Origin: Octopus vulgaris
Lineage: Eukaryota
Assembly (NCBI GenBank): GCA_951406725.2
Contig: OX597823.1
Coordinates: forward strand, 49,476,001 to 49,540,000
Reading direction: 5' to 3'
Length of the DNA stretch: 64,000 bases
Position numbers and translations under genes: made by a program
Part shown: positions 12,322-24,240 of the stretch, in pieces
Numbering within the stretch: the first letter of the stretch is position 1
Layout of the letters: the number at the start of each line of letters is the position of its first letter
Notes under the pieces: generated by a model
Told to the model about the DNA's origin: nothing
The model's input: the letters and a program-made list of their open reading frames with translations, nothing else
The model's database searches: none

Positions 12322-13710
12322 ATCCTTAAATCCTTAAAAATGTTTCAGCCCAAAAGCTGCGGCCATGCTGGGGCATCACTGTTGAATGAGCTCCACTAAT
12401 ATGTGAAACCATCTCTGATACGTTGCCCTTGGTCAACAAGGGAGTTCGATGCCGCTGCCCGCATCTTTGTCTCCTTCCGAGAGGTAGGTTCATTTGGAAC
12501 CCCTGACAAGAAGAGATCCAGTTTAGTTTTAAAGAAACCCACATCCACATCATGCAGGTTTCTCAGGTATTTAGGAAGGATATTGAAGAGCTGTGGTCCC
12601 CTGAAACCCAAGCTGTTGCAGTATCTAGTCCTGTATTTTGATGGTGATGTTAGGATCTTTGGCATCATGCAGTGGCACCCCGTTCTGCTGTTGGGGTACA
12701 ATGCCAAAATTTGGGACAAGACCCTCCAGGATTTTCCAGATGTATATCACTGCATATCTCTCCCGCCTTCGCTCCAGGGAGAAGAGTTTTAATACTTTCA
12801 GTCTTTCCCAGTAGCTGATATGTTACATTGAGACGATCTTCTTAGTGTAGCTTCATTGGATTGCTTCGAGCTCTGCTGTTAACTTTATATTGTGTGGTGA
12901 CCATAGTTGGGAGCAGTAGTCAAGCGGCTGAGGATGAATGTCTTCCAAAGGACCATCAGTGTCTCCTCTCTTGTTCTGAAAGTTCGGAGGATCCATCCAG
13001 CTAGCTGTCTGCATCTTATTACCAAATTGGCAATATGCACTTGGAAAGATGCATCATTGCTCATGTCAACGCCCAAGTCATGCACTGATTTTGATTCAGG
13101 AATTGCAATTTTTCCCGGGCCAGTGTATCTGGTCTGCATGTCATTCACCTTTGTGTGCCGGTAGCACAGGGCCTGGAACTTCCCTGCTTTAAACTGCATG
13201 TTGTTGTCATCAGCCCACCTGTATATTGTATCCAACTACCGTTGCAGATGTGCAATATTTCCACAATTTTGTATTGTCTGAGAGACTTTTGTGTCATCTG
13301 CATAGCTAGCAAGGGTGGCCATCTTAGCAACTGAAGGCATGTCTGAAAAGGCCACTATGAACAGCAGTAGCCCTAAGACAGTGCCCTGTGGAACACCACT
13401 TGTTATTTGTGTTTCCTTGGAGGTGGCTCTATTGGCCACCACTCCCTGCCTTCTATCTTTTAGGAAGTTGTGCAGCCACACTCCAAGTTTTTCACCTATG
13501 CCGAGATCATGCAGTTTATAACAGATCATACCATGGTCAACTTTATCAAAGGCTTTTACAAAGTCGAGATATATTACATCTACACTTGAGCCATTTAGTA
13601 GCTGTTTTAACACCCAGTCATAGTGTTGCAGGAGCTGTGTTAGACAGCTTCTACCTGGTTGAAATCCATGCTGGGTGTCAGTCAGCAAGTCATTTTCTTC
13701 AAGGAACATA
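12322..13710 (-). mobile_element. 5'-truncated CR1-clade LINE; RT pseudogene with intact 3' tail
   Basis: [51 protein letters not shown]; stop at 13236-38; then WADDNNMQF, DLGVDMSND, GPQLFNILP, FKTKLDLFLSGVPNEP. The 3' end carries a (ttaagga)x2 repeat at 12322-12337. Confidence 0.93.
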
Positions 13711-13746
13711 TGCAAGTATATATATGTATATAGATGTATATGTATG

Positions 13747-13792
<46 letters not shown>

Positions 13793-14256
13793 TGTGTGTA
13801 TATACATATATGTATGTATGTATGTGTGTATATACATATATGTATGTATGTATGTGTGTATATACATATATGTATGTATGTATGTATGTATGTGTGTATA
13901 TACATATATGTATATATGTATGTATGTATGTGTGTATATACATATATGTATATATGTATGTATGTGTGTATATACATATATGTATATATGTATGTATGTG
14001 TGTATATACATATATGTATATATGTATGTATGTATGTGTGTATATACATATATGTATATATGTGTGTATGTATGTGTGTATATACATATATGTATATATG
14101 TATGTGTGTATATACATATATGTATATATGTGTGTATATATGTGTGTATGTATGTGTGTATATACATATATGTGTGTATGTATGTGTGTATATACATATA
14201 TGTATATATGTGTGTATGTATGTGTGTATATACATATATGTATATATGTGTGTATA

Positions 14257-14337
<81 letters not shown>

Positions 14338-14484
14338 GTGTGTGTGTATATATATACATATATATATATGCTTATGTATATATATGTGTGTATATATATA
14401 TATATTTATATATATGCTTATGTATATATATATGTGTGTGTGTATATATATATATATTTATATATATGCTTATGTATATATATA

Positions 14485-14534
<50 letters not shown>

Positions 14535-14542
14535 TATATATA
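13711..14542. repeat. ~830-bp TA/TG-derived minisatellite with a ~26-30-bp higher-order unit
   Basis: Recurrent tatgtgtgtatatacatatatgtata unit, giving way to a tatatgcttatgtatata unit at the right end. Confidence 0.9.
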
Positions 14543-14806
14543 TATAGGCACAATGCCAGAAGTTTTAGGGGAGGGACTAGCTGATTGCATCAACCCCAGT
14601 GTTTCACTGGTACCTAATTTATCAACCCTAAAAGGATGAAAGGTAAAGTTGATGTTGGTGGAATTTGAACTTAGAACATAAAGATGGACAAAATATTACA
14701 TATATATATATATCCTTTTAGGGTTGATAAATTAAGTACCAGTGAAACACTGGGGTTGATGCAGTCAGCTAGTCCCTCCCCTAAAATTTCTGGCCTTGTA
14801 CCTATA
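14543..14806. repeat. Fold-back pair of SINE B 3' halves (95-bp arms, 5 mismatches, 74-nt spacer)
   Basis: 14543-14637 is the reverse complement of 14712-14806. Confidence 0.92.
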
Positions 14807-15424
14807 GTGGACAGGATTATTATTATTACTTAAAAGAATTTGATTCAGCCCCATGTAACTTAAAGTTTTGTTAGTTCTTTACAGAAACCTAGCTTGTCAG
14901 GCTCATGTAGCCACATGTTTATATATGTGCACATGTTTACCTGTATATGCACACTCACAGATATTGATATGTATGTGCCACTTATTGAACTTTAGTATTT
15001 TCGAACAGATCGTCTATATGATCATCATTGTACTTCAGCTTTCCATACAGGCCTGTGTTGGGCAAGTTATCATGGTTCAGATCAATTCTTATTTGTTTTT
15101 ATTTCTCTTCTAAGTGGGTCCAATGAATTCACTTCACTCATATTTATTATTTTCGATCCATTTCTGTGACTGGAAGCCCTTCTTTTACCCAACCATTTTA
15201 CAGAGTGTTCTGGATGACGGGTTTTTAAGACAGGAATAACTGATCATTTGCTTCCTTTGTTTTCTCCAGTTGCTCCAGAACCACAATCCTGCTGCCTTTG
15301 TTTTTATCTTCCTCTAATTTTATCATCACATCTTCACTTAACTCACCTTAATGGCATCCACCTGAAATAAAGCTCTGGGTGTATAATATAAATTTATCAG
15401 TTTTAAATTGTTTTTATTTAAGTT

Positions 15425-15656
15425 TTAATCCTTTTGATATCAACCCACCTGAGAGCACCTTTTCATCTGTAATATAACGTCCAGTCTTAAAGTTATCTGA
15501 ATTGAAACCTTCTTTTATAAAATCATGTGAATTTAGGTTTTCAAAGCATCAGCTTAATAATAACAAAATTAATTTTACTGATTGATTCATAATTTTCAAA
15601 ACTAATTGAAACAAAGGCAGTATATTTCAGCAGAAATATAGTGACAAAAGGGTTAA
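15425..15656 (+). mobile_element. piggyBac-type MITE family P2
   Basis: TTAAtccttttgat...gacaaaagggTTAA; homologous to 47698-47927 and 48901-49128. Confidence 0.75.
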
Positions 15657-17158
15657 AGCTTTCTGGGATTTTATATAAGAATCTTGATAATTGATAGGCC
15701 CAACACTATCTTGATGGTAAATAATTTAGATACTTTGCAACTCACCTCCAGATTCTTCAGTATTTTCAAAACTAATTGGAAACCATAAAGTAATGTATAT
15801 TAATAAATATGGTTTTGAAAATTTTTAAGAATTTCATATTTTTATTTAGTTTTTGGTTTTTTTAAAGAATCTTTTACTTTTTGTTTCTCTCTTTGCTTGA
15901 TCAATAATTGTTTGTTTCTATAATTTCTGAAATACTACCATGAAAAGTACCTTATAGATTAGAATATTGTTGGATTCTTTTTGCTGAAAGAATTGTAGAT
16001 TTCCTGGAATTTGTAAATATCATTTTAAAAATAATTCCTTCCATCCAGTTGATTGAAAAATCGTTGTTTGCATCTGTTTTTTGTTTGTTGTCAGATTTTT
16101 ATCATATGTAAAGAAATATCTTATTTCATAAAAATACCTCTTTAGTACTATAAGAAGAACTATATAATTCAATTCTGTAATGATTTTAATATTCAAATTA
16201 AAGAATTTTGTTAATGTTTTAATGACTATTCTGGAGCTATTTACTAAAGAATTACTTTCATGTAATATCACTATGAAGATTTTTATGCTTCAACTTTCTT
16301 AAATAATCTTACCAACAGATGGCTAAAAGAACAAAAATAAAACATACTTAGGTGTTATTTCTTGGGAATTACATCAATTTTTATTATATTTTCATATCCA
16401 ATAAAGTTAAATGTAATATCATTGCCCTATCACCATGTGGTTTTATATAGCCTTTTTATCAGTAAATTAATTTTACAAATTTTTATTATTAAAAAAATGA
16501 AGAAATTGATATTAATATAAAGTATTTACATACTGTTATATTTTTATTTTATTTCAATGTTGATATCAAAAACAATTTTAAACAGATGTCCATTTTTTAA
16601 TACATTATATGGTAATTTTTTCACTAATAATTTCTTAGAAAATTAATTTAATATATATTTATATAAATTTCCTCTCTGTCTTTTCTGTCTATTAAGCTAT
16701 AGATGTAATAATCATGGAAATCGGTTTTCTTAAGTATAAAGTTTCTATTTTATCATACAAGTTTTTCTAAATTTTAAATTTATTTTTAGAAGTGCTTCAT
16801 GTGGTGGATTAGTTAGCTATGTTATGACCTAAATTACTAGGTCTATTTGTTAGATATACATATATTTGTATCGAATGACTATCAAAACAATATTTAGTTA
16901 ATAAAACCTTTCCTTAATATTTGATTATGAACTCTTTTTATAGAACCTTTAAAGGATTAACAGTTTTTTTTTTTCTAATTGCTGAGTTTCTCTGTAAATT
17001 ATTATGATAATGGCTTAATTTATATAGATATAATTTTCTAAACACTATTTTTGGTTAAGAAATGATATCCGACAAAAGTAAAATACATTTTGCTTTAACA
17101 AAATAGTTCTCATTTTTTCACTTTTAGCAATATCTTCCTTGTCTCAGCATCATTATGA

Positions 17159-17413
17159 TTAACCCTTTTACTGCCAGAAAACAGGTTTATCCACTCAAAA
17201 TTTCATTACCCTTAACTGTGGAAATCAGTTTCGTATACCATCCAAGCTTTTGTTGAGGAATGTCATATTTGAAACTATTTTCTATTGAGACATGTCAAGT
17301 TTATTGAGGCTCTATGACTTGCAGAAAATACCAATCCTATTTATTTTGTGGGTTGATATTTAATATCATTAGTGGAATAACCAAGCAATTTAATTTCAAA
17401 GTTAAAGGGTTAA
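17159..17413 (+). mobile_element. piggyBac-type MITE family P3
   Basis: TTAAcccttttact...agttaaagggTTAA; homologous to 60516-60761 and partly to ~44745-44990. Confidence 0.75.
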
Positions 17414-19099
17414 TAAAAGTTATTTTCATCTTTCTCTCCTCACTTTGGATTTTTTACATTGCTAATTCAACAGGATTAAGGAATTGTTTTGATTCCAAAT
17501 TTAAAATTGGAAATATTTGATTCTTTTGTATCTATTTGATTTGTATAAGAGTGGGAATATTGATCTTTGAACTATTTTTTTCATCTCTCATTATGAACTA
17601 TCCACTTGAACCATAAGGCTGATATGTGGTTTGAGATTTTAGATAAATGCTTGAGACAACTATTCTGTGTAAGAGGCTTGTTTGTCAGTGGTTCTCTTCA
17701 GAAATCTGAATACATTGCCTTCAACTAAAGAGATTTTAAGATAAACTTAACTGAGTGTCCTATCTAGAAACAAAACAAGACTTCTATAACAGATGAAAAA
17801 TCATTACCTGTGGCCCTGTCCACTTAGTCATTCCTTTCCAGTGTATAAACCAAGGGTTTGTTAGACATATGGGCAGTTTTTCATACTGACTGCTAACTAC
17901 CCTTAAGATTCTAATCATTGAGAATCGATGATATTTAAAACAAAAAAATTAAGTATAACGTTTAAGATTATTATGAAGTTAATTTTTTCACAGGAAACAT
18001 ATTTATTGCACCTAAGAAATTAAACAATAGAAAGATACATGCATACACACACACATACATATGTATATATATATATATATATATATGGATATATATATAT
18101 GGATATGCATATGTCTGCATGTATATTGCATGTATTTTAAGCATGAGCTCTGTTTTCAGTTGTGCAAAATTTTTGAAAGTATCTTGAATATACAATTTCC
18201 ATTGTTTAGTATTTTTTACTGTGTGCTAAATCAGTTGAAACATCTAATCTTAAACTACTCATTGCACCAATAAATCTGCATTATTTTTCTTCATATAAAA
18301 CATTAAACCCACCCTAAACTTTATATTTTATTAGACACACACACACACATTTGTTTCTTTCGTTCTTTCTCTTTCTCAGCCCTTCTCCAAAATGATAATA
18401 ATATTCTTAAGCTGCTCACCTGTTGGAAACTGATAAGTTTATTTTATATTGAAATGTATTGATTAAACATACAGATTATCAAGTTTCTGCTTATATTAGT
18501 AGTGCAATATCAGTTTGGTTTTACTATTGTTATTAAATTATTTTATCAAAATCTCTATCTTGTAAATATTGATTTCTAGACAACGTACTTTGATGTAGAC
18601 TGCTGTACACTATAATTACTAATTGTTTCAGAAATGTTTCCATTTTCTTTACAAACTTGCTATAATTTCGTTTACTTAATTTATTTTTGTACAGAATGTA
18701 AGCAGCTTGTTGGCAATTTAATTTATTTCACAAACATATTTCCAGCAATGTTTAATAACAGAAAAAGGAAAAAAAAAAAAAAGATTATATTATTTTAGTT
18801 AAAAGTTTCCTTATGCCCCCACCCTTTTTTTTTTTTTTAACTAATTTAAAGTCATTTTGAATTTAATGAAATTGAAGAAGAGTACCTTTGAGAATGAACT
18901 GAATTACTTTGCTATTTTAACTTGAAGTTATGAAATAACTACATCTGAATTAATACAAGCTAGATAATGTTCAATATAAAATTTATTCTTTCTCAGTTTA
19001 TTTTAACTATAAATATATTTTATTATTAACTACTGCACGTTGATGTATTAGATGAAGGTAAAAAAATAAGTCTCTTCTCATAAACTTAGGTTTTCCTTC

Positions 19100-19340
19100 A
19101 ACTTTTCCTACCTTATACCTGGTTCTTCAGTTTGGATAGGCCATCAAGTAATGTCCCCGCCCTCAATCTCTACTGGCCACACCTACTTTTGGTCATGCCA
19201 ATTATCAGGTATAGCTGTCCAACTAGAAATGCTTGCTGTTTCCACATTTTCCTGATTAAATTTCCCAGTCTTCCCTTCTACTTCCCCTGACATTACTAGT
19301 ACCATAAATCAGCTCTACTTAAACAGTATATTTTAATATC
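19100..19340 (-). mobile_element. Highly decayed RTE-like LINE 3' remnant
   Basis: Minus strand reads LVMSGEVEGKTG, resembling the RTE C-terminal L...G..EG.R.RGRP motif; locally raised GC. Confidence 0.35.
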
Positions 19341-19813
19341 CACCATTTTTTATGATTTCTCACTGAAATACACTTCCCACCACAAAAAGTTGTTACACCA
19401 CATCTGATAAGATTTCTTAACAATAAGATTTTTTCCGCATTGAAATGGTGAACAATTGATGTTTTATGAAAGATTTGTTACAGACAAATGAAAAACATTT
19501 TTTTTACAGTATCCCCCCAAAATTATTAAGGATTTTTGCTCAGTTGAAAACGCAACTGGAATTTCTTAGCACACTTCAAGATGGGTTTGGTGTTTCTAAG
19601 TCTGACTATTACAAAATAATAGATTATATTTATCTAAGGTGACTTTAATGTATGTGTTGCTTTAAGAATCAGAAATCTTATATTTGTCAAAATAATCTTT
19701 CTGCTTTATTAGAGATAATGATTCAAATAGTGATTTTGTGTAAGATGCTTGATCTAAGCATTGTAAACGACCAAACTACACATAAATTTCCTGTTTATTA
19801 ATCTCTCCCACAG

Positions 19814-19844
19814 TGAATTACTCTCTCATATGTTCTCCTGTTAG
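19814..19844 (+). other. Candidate 31-nt exon, or AG|GTAAGT recursive splice site at 19844/19845
   Basis: atctctcccacag|tgaattactctctcatatgttctcctgttag|gtaagt: strong acceptor and perfect donor. Confidence 0.4.
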
Positions 19845-21139
19845 GTAAGTAGGTTGTAAGGTGTGTAATGCTTTAACCATGGCACAGCACAGTCCCCCAA
19901 AATAGGCTTAAAAACTCATAATGTTTCAGTTGCAATCCCTTATTCATTCAACTGCTCCAACAAAACATAATATTCTCATAAAATACTAGAAAGACATTTG
20001 TTGTTGTTGTTGTTTATATAATGTTAGATTTATTTCATGTTGTAAAACATACATCCAGTTACGCTCCCTTTTACTCCTGTTAACAATATTTTATTTATTA
20101 TTTTACTTTATGTAGGTCATTTATTTATGTAAAGGTAACCTTCTTTAACTTTCTGTCTATTGACTTTTCTTACATAACTCCAATAAAACTATTCTCCCTG
20201 ATCTTTTCAGAATGACTTGACACTCCAGTAGTTAATGTGTGTGTGTGTGTGTGTGTGTATATATCTGTGTGTATGCATATACATGTGTGTAAATGCGTGT
20301 GCGTCTGCATCTGCTTTACCCCCTTTGCCTAGCATGCAGAGTTGTGCAGTAGAAAGCTGCCAGCCCACCTTGTTAGCTGATAACATGCAACATGGATAGC
20401 TAACAACTACTTTGTTGGCTCACTACATACAATTGAAACCCCTACCCTTTTTGGCAAACAAAACTGCAAAATCCTTTCATATCATACAGTTGTTGTCCAA
20501 TTAATGACCTTTCTGTATTTTTCTGACTTTAACTTTTATTGTAAATGTTTAAATTTAAATAATAGAGAGTATTTTTGGATGTTTTTGATTACATTCAACC
20601 AAATGTGCTTCTGACGATATTTTATACACCTCTTATGAATGAAACTAGAAAAGCTAACCTATCCAGTTAAACATGTTGTTAAACTACTTTACACCTATTG
20701 TTAGGGCTTACAATAAGACGAAATAACTTATTTTTAATTTATTTAATCATACAGAATGCTCTTTTTATTGTATTTAAATTATTGTATTGTACCTACTGAT
20801 AACTATCCTTCACAATCAAGTATGCATGAACACATGCATGATATATAGTCATCACAGGTTTAGAGAGGCTGCTGCAATCACTCAGTGCATTAGCCTCTAA
20901 AATGTGAATAAATCTAAGTTAGGTTCAGTACTCTAATATAACAAGCCATTGAATCTTTGTTGATAGTGCAACTGAGGTCTACCATTTGTTTCTCCTGTAT
21001 GACCTAATCTCATTCTTCCAACCTGAAGAATTCTGTGCATTGCTGAGATCGTTACACATACAGGCTGATATACATTGTGTGGATGGGTGTGGTTGTTCTT
21101 TTTTGTGTGTTTTAACTAAAATTCCTTCCTATTTTAAAG

Positions 21140-21263
21140 GAACTTGATAGGGGAAGAGAAGGCTTTCAAGTTGGCCGTGCAAGTTTTCACTCTGAAAGCC
21201 ATTACACTAAGCCCTAAGCAACTTGAAGACATTTTACTTGGATATAATTTATATTGTTGTTAA
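21140..21263 (+). CDS. Candidate terminal coding exon; product unknown
   Basis: Acceptor ttttaactaaaattccttcctattttaaag|. Phase 0 gives ELDRGREGFQVGRASFHSESHYTKP* (to 21217); phase 2 gives NLIGEEKAFKLAVQVFTLKAITLSPKQLEDILLGYNLYCC*. AU-rich, UTR-like sequence follows. Confidence 0.3.
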
Positions 21264-22931
21264 TCTCGTCTGTTTCTCAGTGTTCTAAAGTCATACATAA
21301 ATTATTGTAATATTTTATACAATAGTTGTCTTGTAACAGCATATGTATGCCAAAGCTGACTGATTTACAATTTGAATAATGACCTGCTGTACAAATATAT
21401 ACATTTTATTCATTTACATACCATTACAGCTTGTAATAATGATATATTTACTACAACTTCACTTCTCAATCCAGTTACATCTGTAATGTGGTCAGCCATT
21501 ATCACATAACATTAAAGGTTTTGATGGGGTTTTTTTATACATTTTATTTATATATTTGTTTAGCCAATATTTTATTGTCACAGAAATGAAAATAGAAAGT
21601 ATCACTATCATAGTTGTTTTGTTTTTTTTTTTCTTTTCTGTTAAGCTAAGAAAAGCAGTAACAAAAATAGAGATGAATTATAAGCATTAGCTTGAAGTGA
21701 TGAGCAGGCAATTTATTGGTTGTCATTATTCAGGACTGATTCTGTTCATTCCTTTAAATCAGTTGTTTAGTAGAAATTTATAAGATTTTTAAGATAGTGT
21801 TAGTACTTAGCCAAAGATCAGATATCTATTAAGTGCAATTAGTAGGTGGTGTTTTACACTCACTTGGGTTTACTTCTTTAAAATGGTGCGGAAGGTGTCA
21901 AAGGAACAAATACTGAGTAAGTTTTAGCAAAGTGCTCATAAAGATTTTCATGACAATATATCCAATTTCTAAAATATGTTTCCATTTGCTCAATTTTTTT
22001 TTTTTTGCTTTTTCTTCTCTATATTAGTATGTTTTACTTATATGCAAATGAGAATATTTGTGTTCTTGCAAATGATTGTTTTTAAAGTCTTTGCTAGTTG
22101 TCTTAACTTATTTTGTGAAATATAGCTGGGAATTACCTGTTAAATATTGAAGTCAACATACTTTGAAATTTCATTAAATTTTAAAGACAGAAGACTTGAC
22201 ATATTTCATATACTCTGATATATCAGGGAGTGTGATAATTCAAATATTCAAGGTGATTGTTTTGTCAACCACAATGGAACTAGTGGAAGGATTGTAGTTA
22301 TAATTTAACTCTAATTAAGGAACAATTGCATGGTTCTAAGCTCATTAAGAAATAACAGCCATATTTCCTCAACTCATATCCTCTTACCTAGATTTACAAA
22401 AATATAAATGATTAAAGCAAAAACATCTTTCATTATTGGAGCACCTTAATCAGAACTTATCTGAAGCTAAACAACAATATGGGTTTCCACAAGCCAATAA
22501 GGGAGCCTCTATATGGTAGACCATCCTGCTGGAAATAGAAGCTAATTCTCACTCAGATTACATCTTAAGGTATTTAAAAAAAAACACATTGGATAATGTT
22601 CAAATAACACTTTAATCTGAAAAAGATTAAAATAAAGGAGTTGATCATGGTTGGAATACTTGTCATCATAGGACTGTTTAATCAGAGCCAACTTAGAGCT
22701 AAATAAGTTTCCTTTAATTATTTAAAATATGTGCAGCATATTTAACCATATGTGAATGTTATATATTGTGTAACACATGCATTATGAAGACAGTTGATTC
22801 TAAACTGGTAGAATTAAATGAGTTCTCTATAATCAGCCAGTTATGTAATGTTTATAAAAAAATACAGTGCAACTGAGAAAAAGAATCTGATATTAGAAGC
22901 AATGATAATAATAATATAATGAAATAATAAC

Positions 22932-23290
22932 CCTTTCTATCATAGGCACACGGTTTGGAATTTGTGGGGTGGGGGTGAGTCAATCAGTTCAACCCCAGTA
23001 CTTGACCAGTACTTAATTTATCGACCCCAAGAAGATGAAAGGCAAAGTTGACCTCAGCGGAATTTGAACTCAGAATATAAAGATGGACAAAATGCTGCTA
23101 AGCATTTTACCTGGCATGCTAACGATTTTGCCAACCTGCAATAATAATTTTGGCACAAAGCCAACAATTTTAAGGGAGAAACGAATTGATTGCATTGATC
23201 CCAGTGCTCAATTGGTACTTGATTTTATTGACCCTGAAAGAGACGAAAGGCAACGGTATTTTGCTCGACATGCTAATGATTCTGCCATAA
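22932..23290 (-). mobile_element. Two tandem minus-strand SINE B copies
   Basis: aggcaaagttgacctcagcggaatttgaactcagaa and ccagtacttaatttatcgacccc; (AAT)n spacers. Confidence 0.85.
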
Positions 23291-24039
23291 TAATAATAAC
23301 AATTTTAATCAAATTAAACTCAAATATTTGTGAATGCTGTAGATCAAAAAGTAAGTTAAGTAATGTCTCTCAGTCATTATGATAATATTTGACATCTACT
23401 CATGTGCATTAATATAGTGAAAGAATCACTATATCAATGTACAATAGGGTTATGCTTCATTTAGGAGTTCTAATAGGACCAAAGTAATTCCAGTACCAAG
23501 ATCAGATTAAATTAATATTAGTCTTTGAAATAATGTTTCCTTCTCATCACATAAGAATTATCTATTTATTAAATTTGTTCCTCTCACTACATTAAGTTTA
23601 GCGACACTAACTAGTTTTAATAAGAATTTGATTCCAAGCTGGAATTCACTTCACTTACATATCTAATGTTTTTAAGAAAGCTAGAATTGGTGTGTTCTGA
23701 GTTTGGTCTGCATCAGTATGGTAATGATCTATCCTAGATGAATTACAAGCAAACACAAAAACAAACAAAAAAACAAGTTACATGCAGGAGTACAAAGCCA
23801 ATGTATTTAAGCATAGATGGAAGGAAGAGGTATAAACATTTCAACCATTTGTCCTTTGTCAAACTAGAAAAGAAGAAGCAAAAGAATAAGTGTGAAGGCT
23901 GATGACAGACAGAAAGTAAGTGAATGTTAGAGGTTTCTAGCAGAAATGGGTAAGCTAGGCAAAGAGCTCACATTGGAGATGCACTGAAAGAATTAAGTAT
24001 TCAAATTCTTTCTGTCTCCAGGTAAATATTAACTTAGTA

Positions 24040-24240
24040 TAAGGCAGCCAGCAGGCATACCAGGTAAAATGCTTAGTGACATTTTATCCATCTTTATAAT
24101 CTGAGTTCAAATTCTGCTGAGGTCAACTTTGCTTTTCGTCCTTCCGGGATCAATAAAATAAGTACGAGTTGTACACTAGGGTTGATATAATCAACTATCC
24201 CTCTCCTAAAATTGCTGGCTTTGTGCCAAAATTTGATACT
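24040..24240 (+). mobile_element. SINE family B (tRNA head, Meta-domain-like core, (ATT)n tail)
   Basis: aaatgcttagtgac...ctgagttcaaattctgctgaggtcaactttgc...tgtgccaaaatttga. The Meta-domain resemblance is from memory and needs checking. Confidence 0.8.

Noticed and set aside
11218-12337. ORFs with poly-H, poly-M or poly-I and YI repeats
   Set aside because: They derive from the (CAT)n SINE tail and microsatellite.
13388-14639. Long ORFs of 178-398 aa rich in Y/I/C/V/M/H/T
   Set aside because: They are translations of stop-free TA/TG microsatellite; only the RT part of 13236-13710 is real coding remnant.
15270-15370. Strong acceptor with phase-1 ORF xAPEPQSCCLCFYLP...
   Set aside because: No donor is present, and the ORF runs into sequence resembling a P2 MITE fragment.
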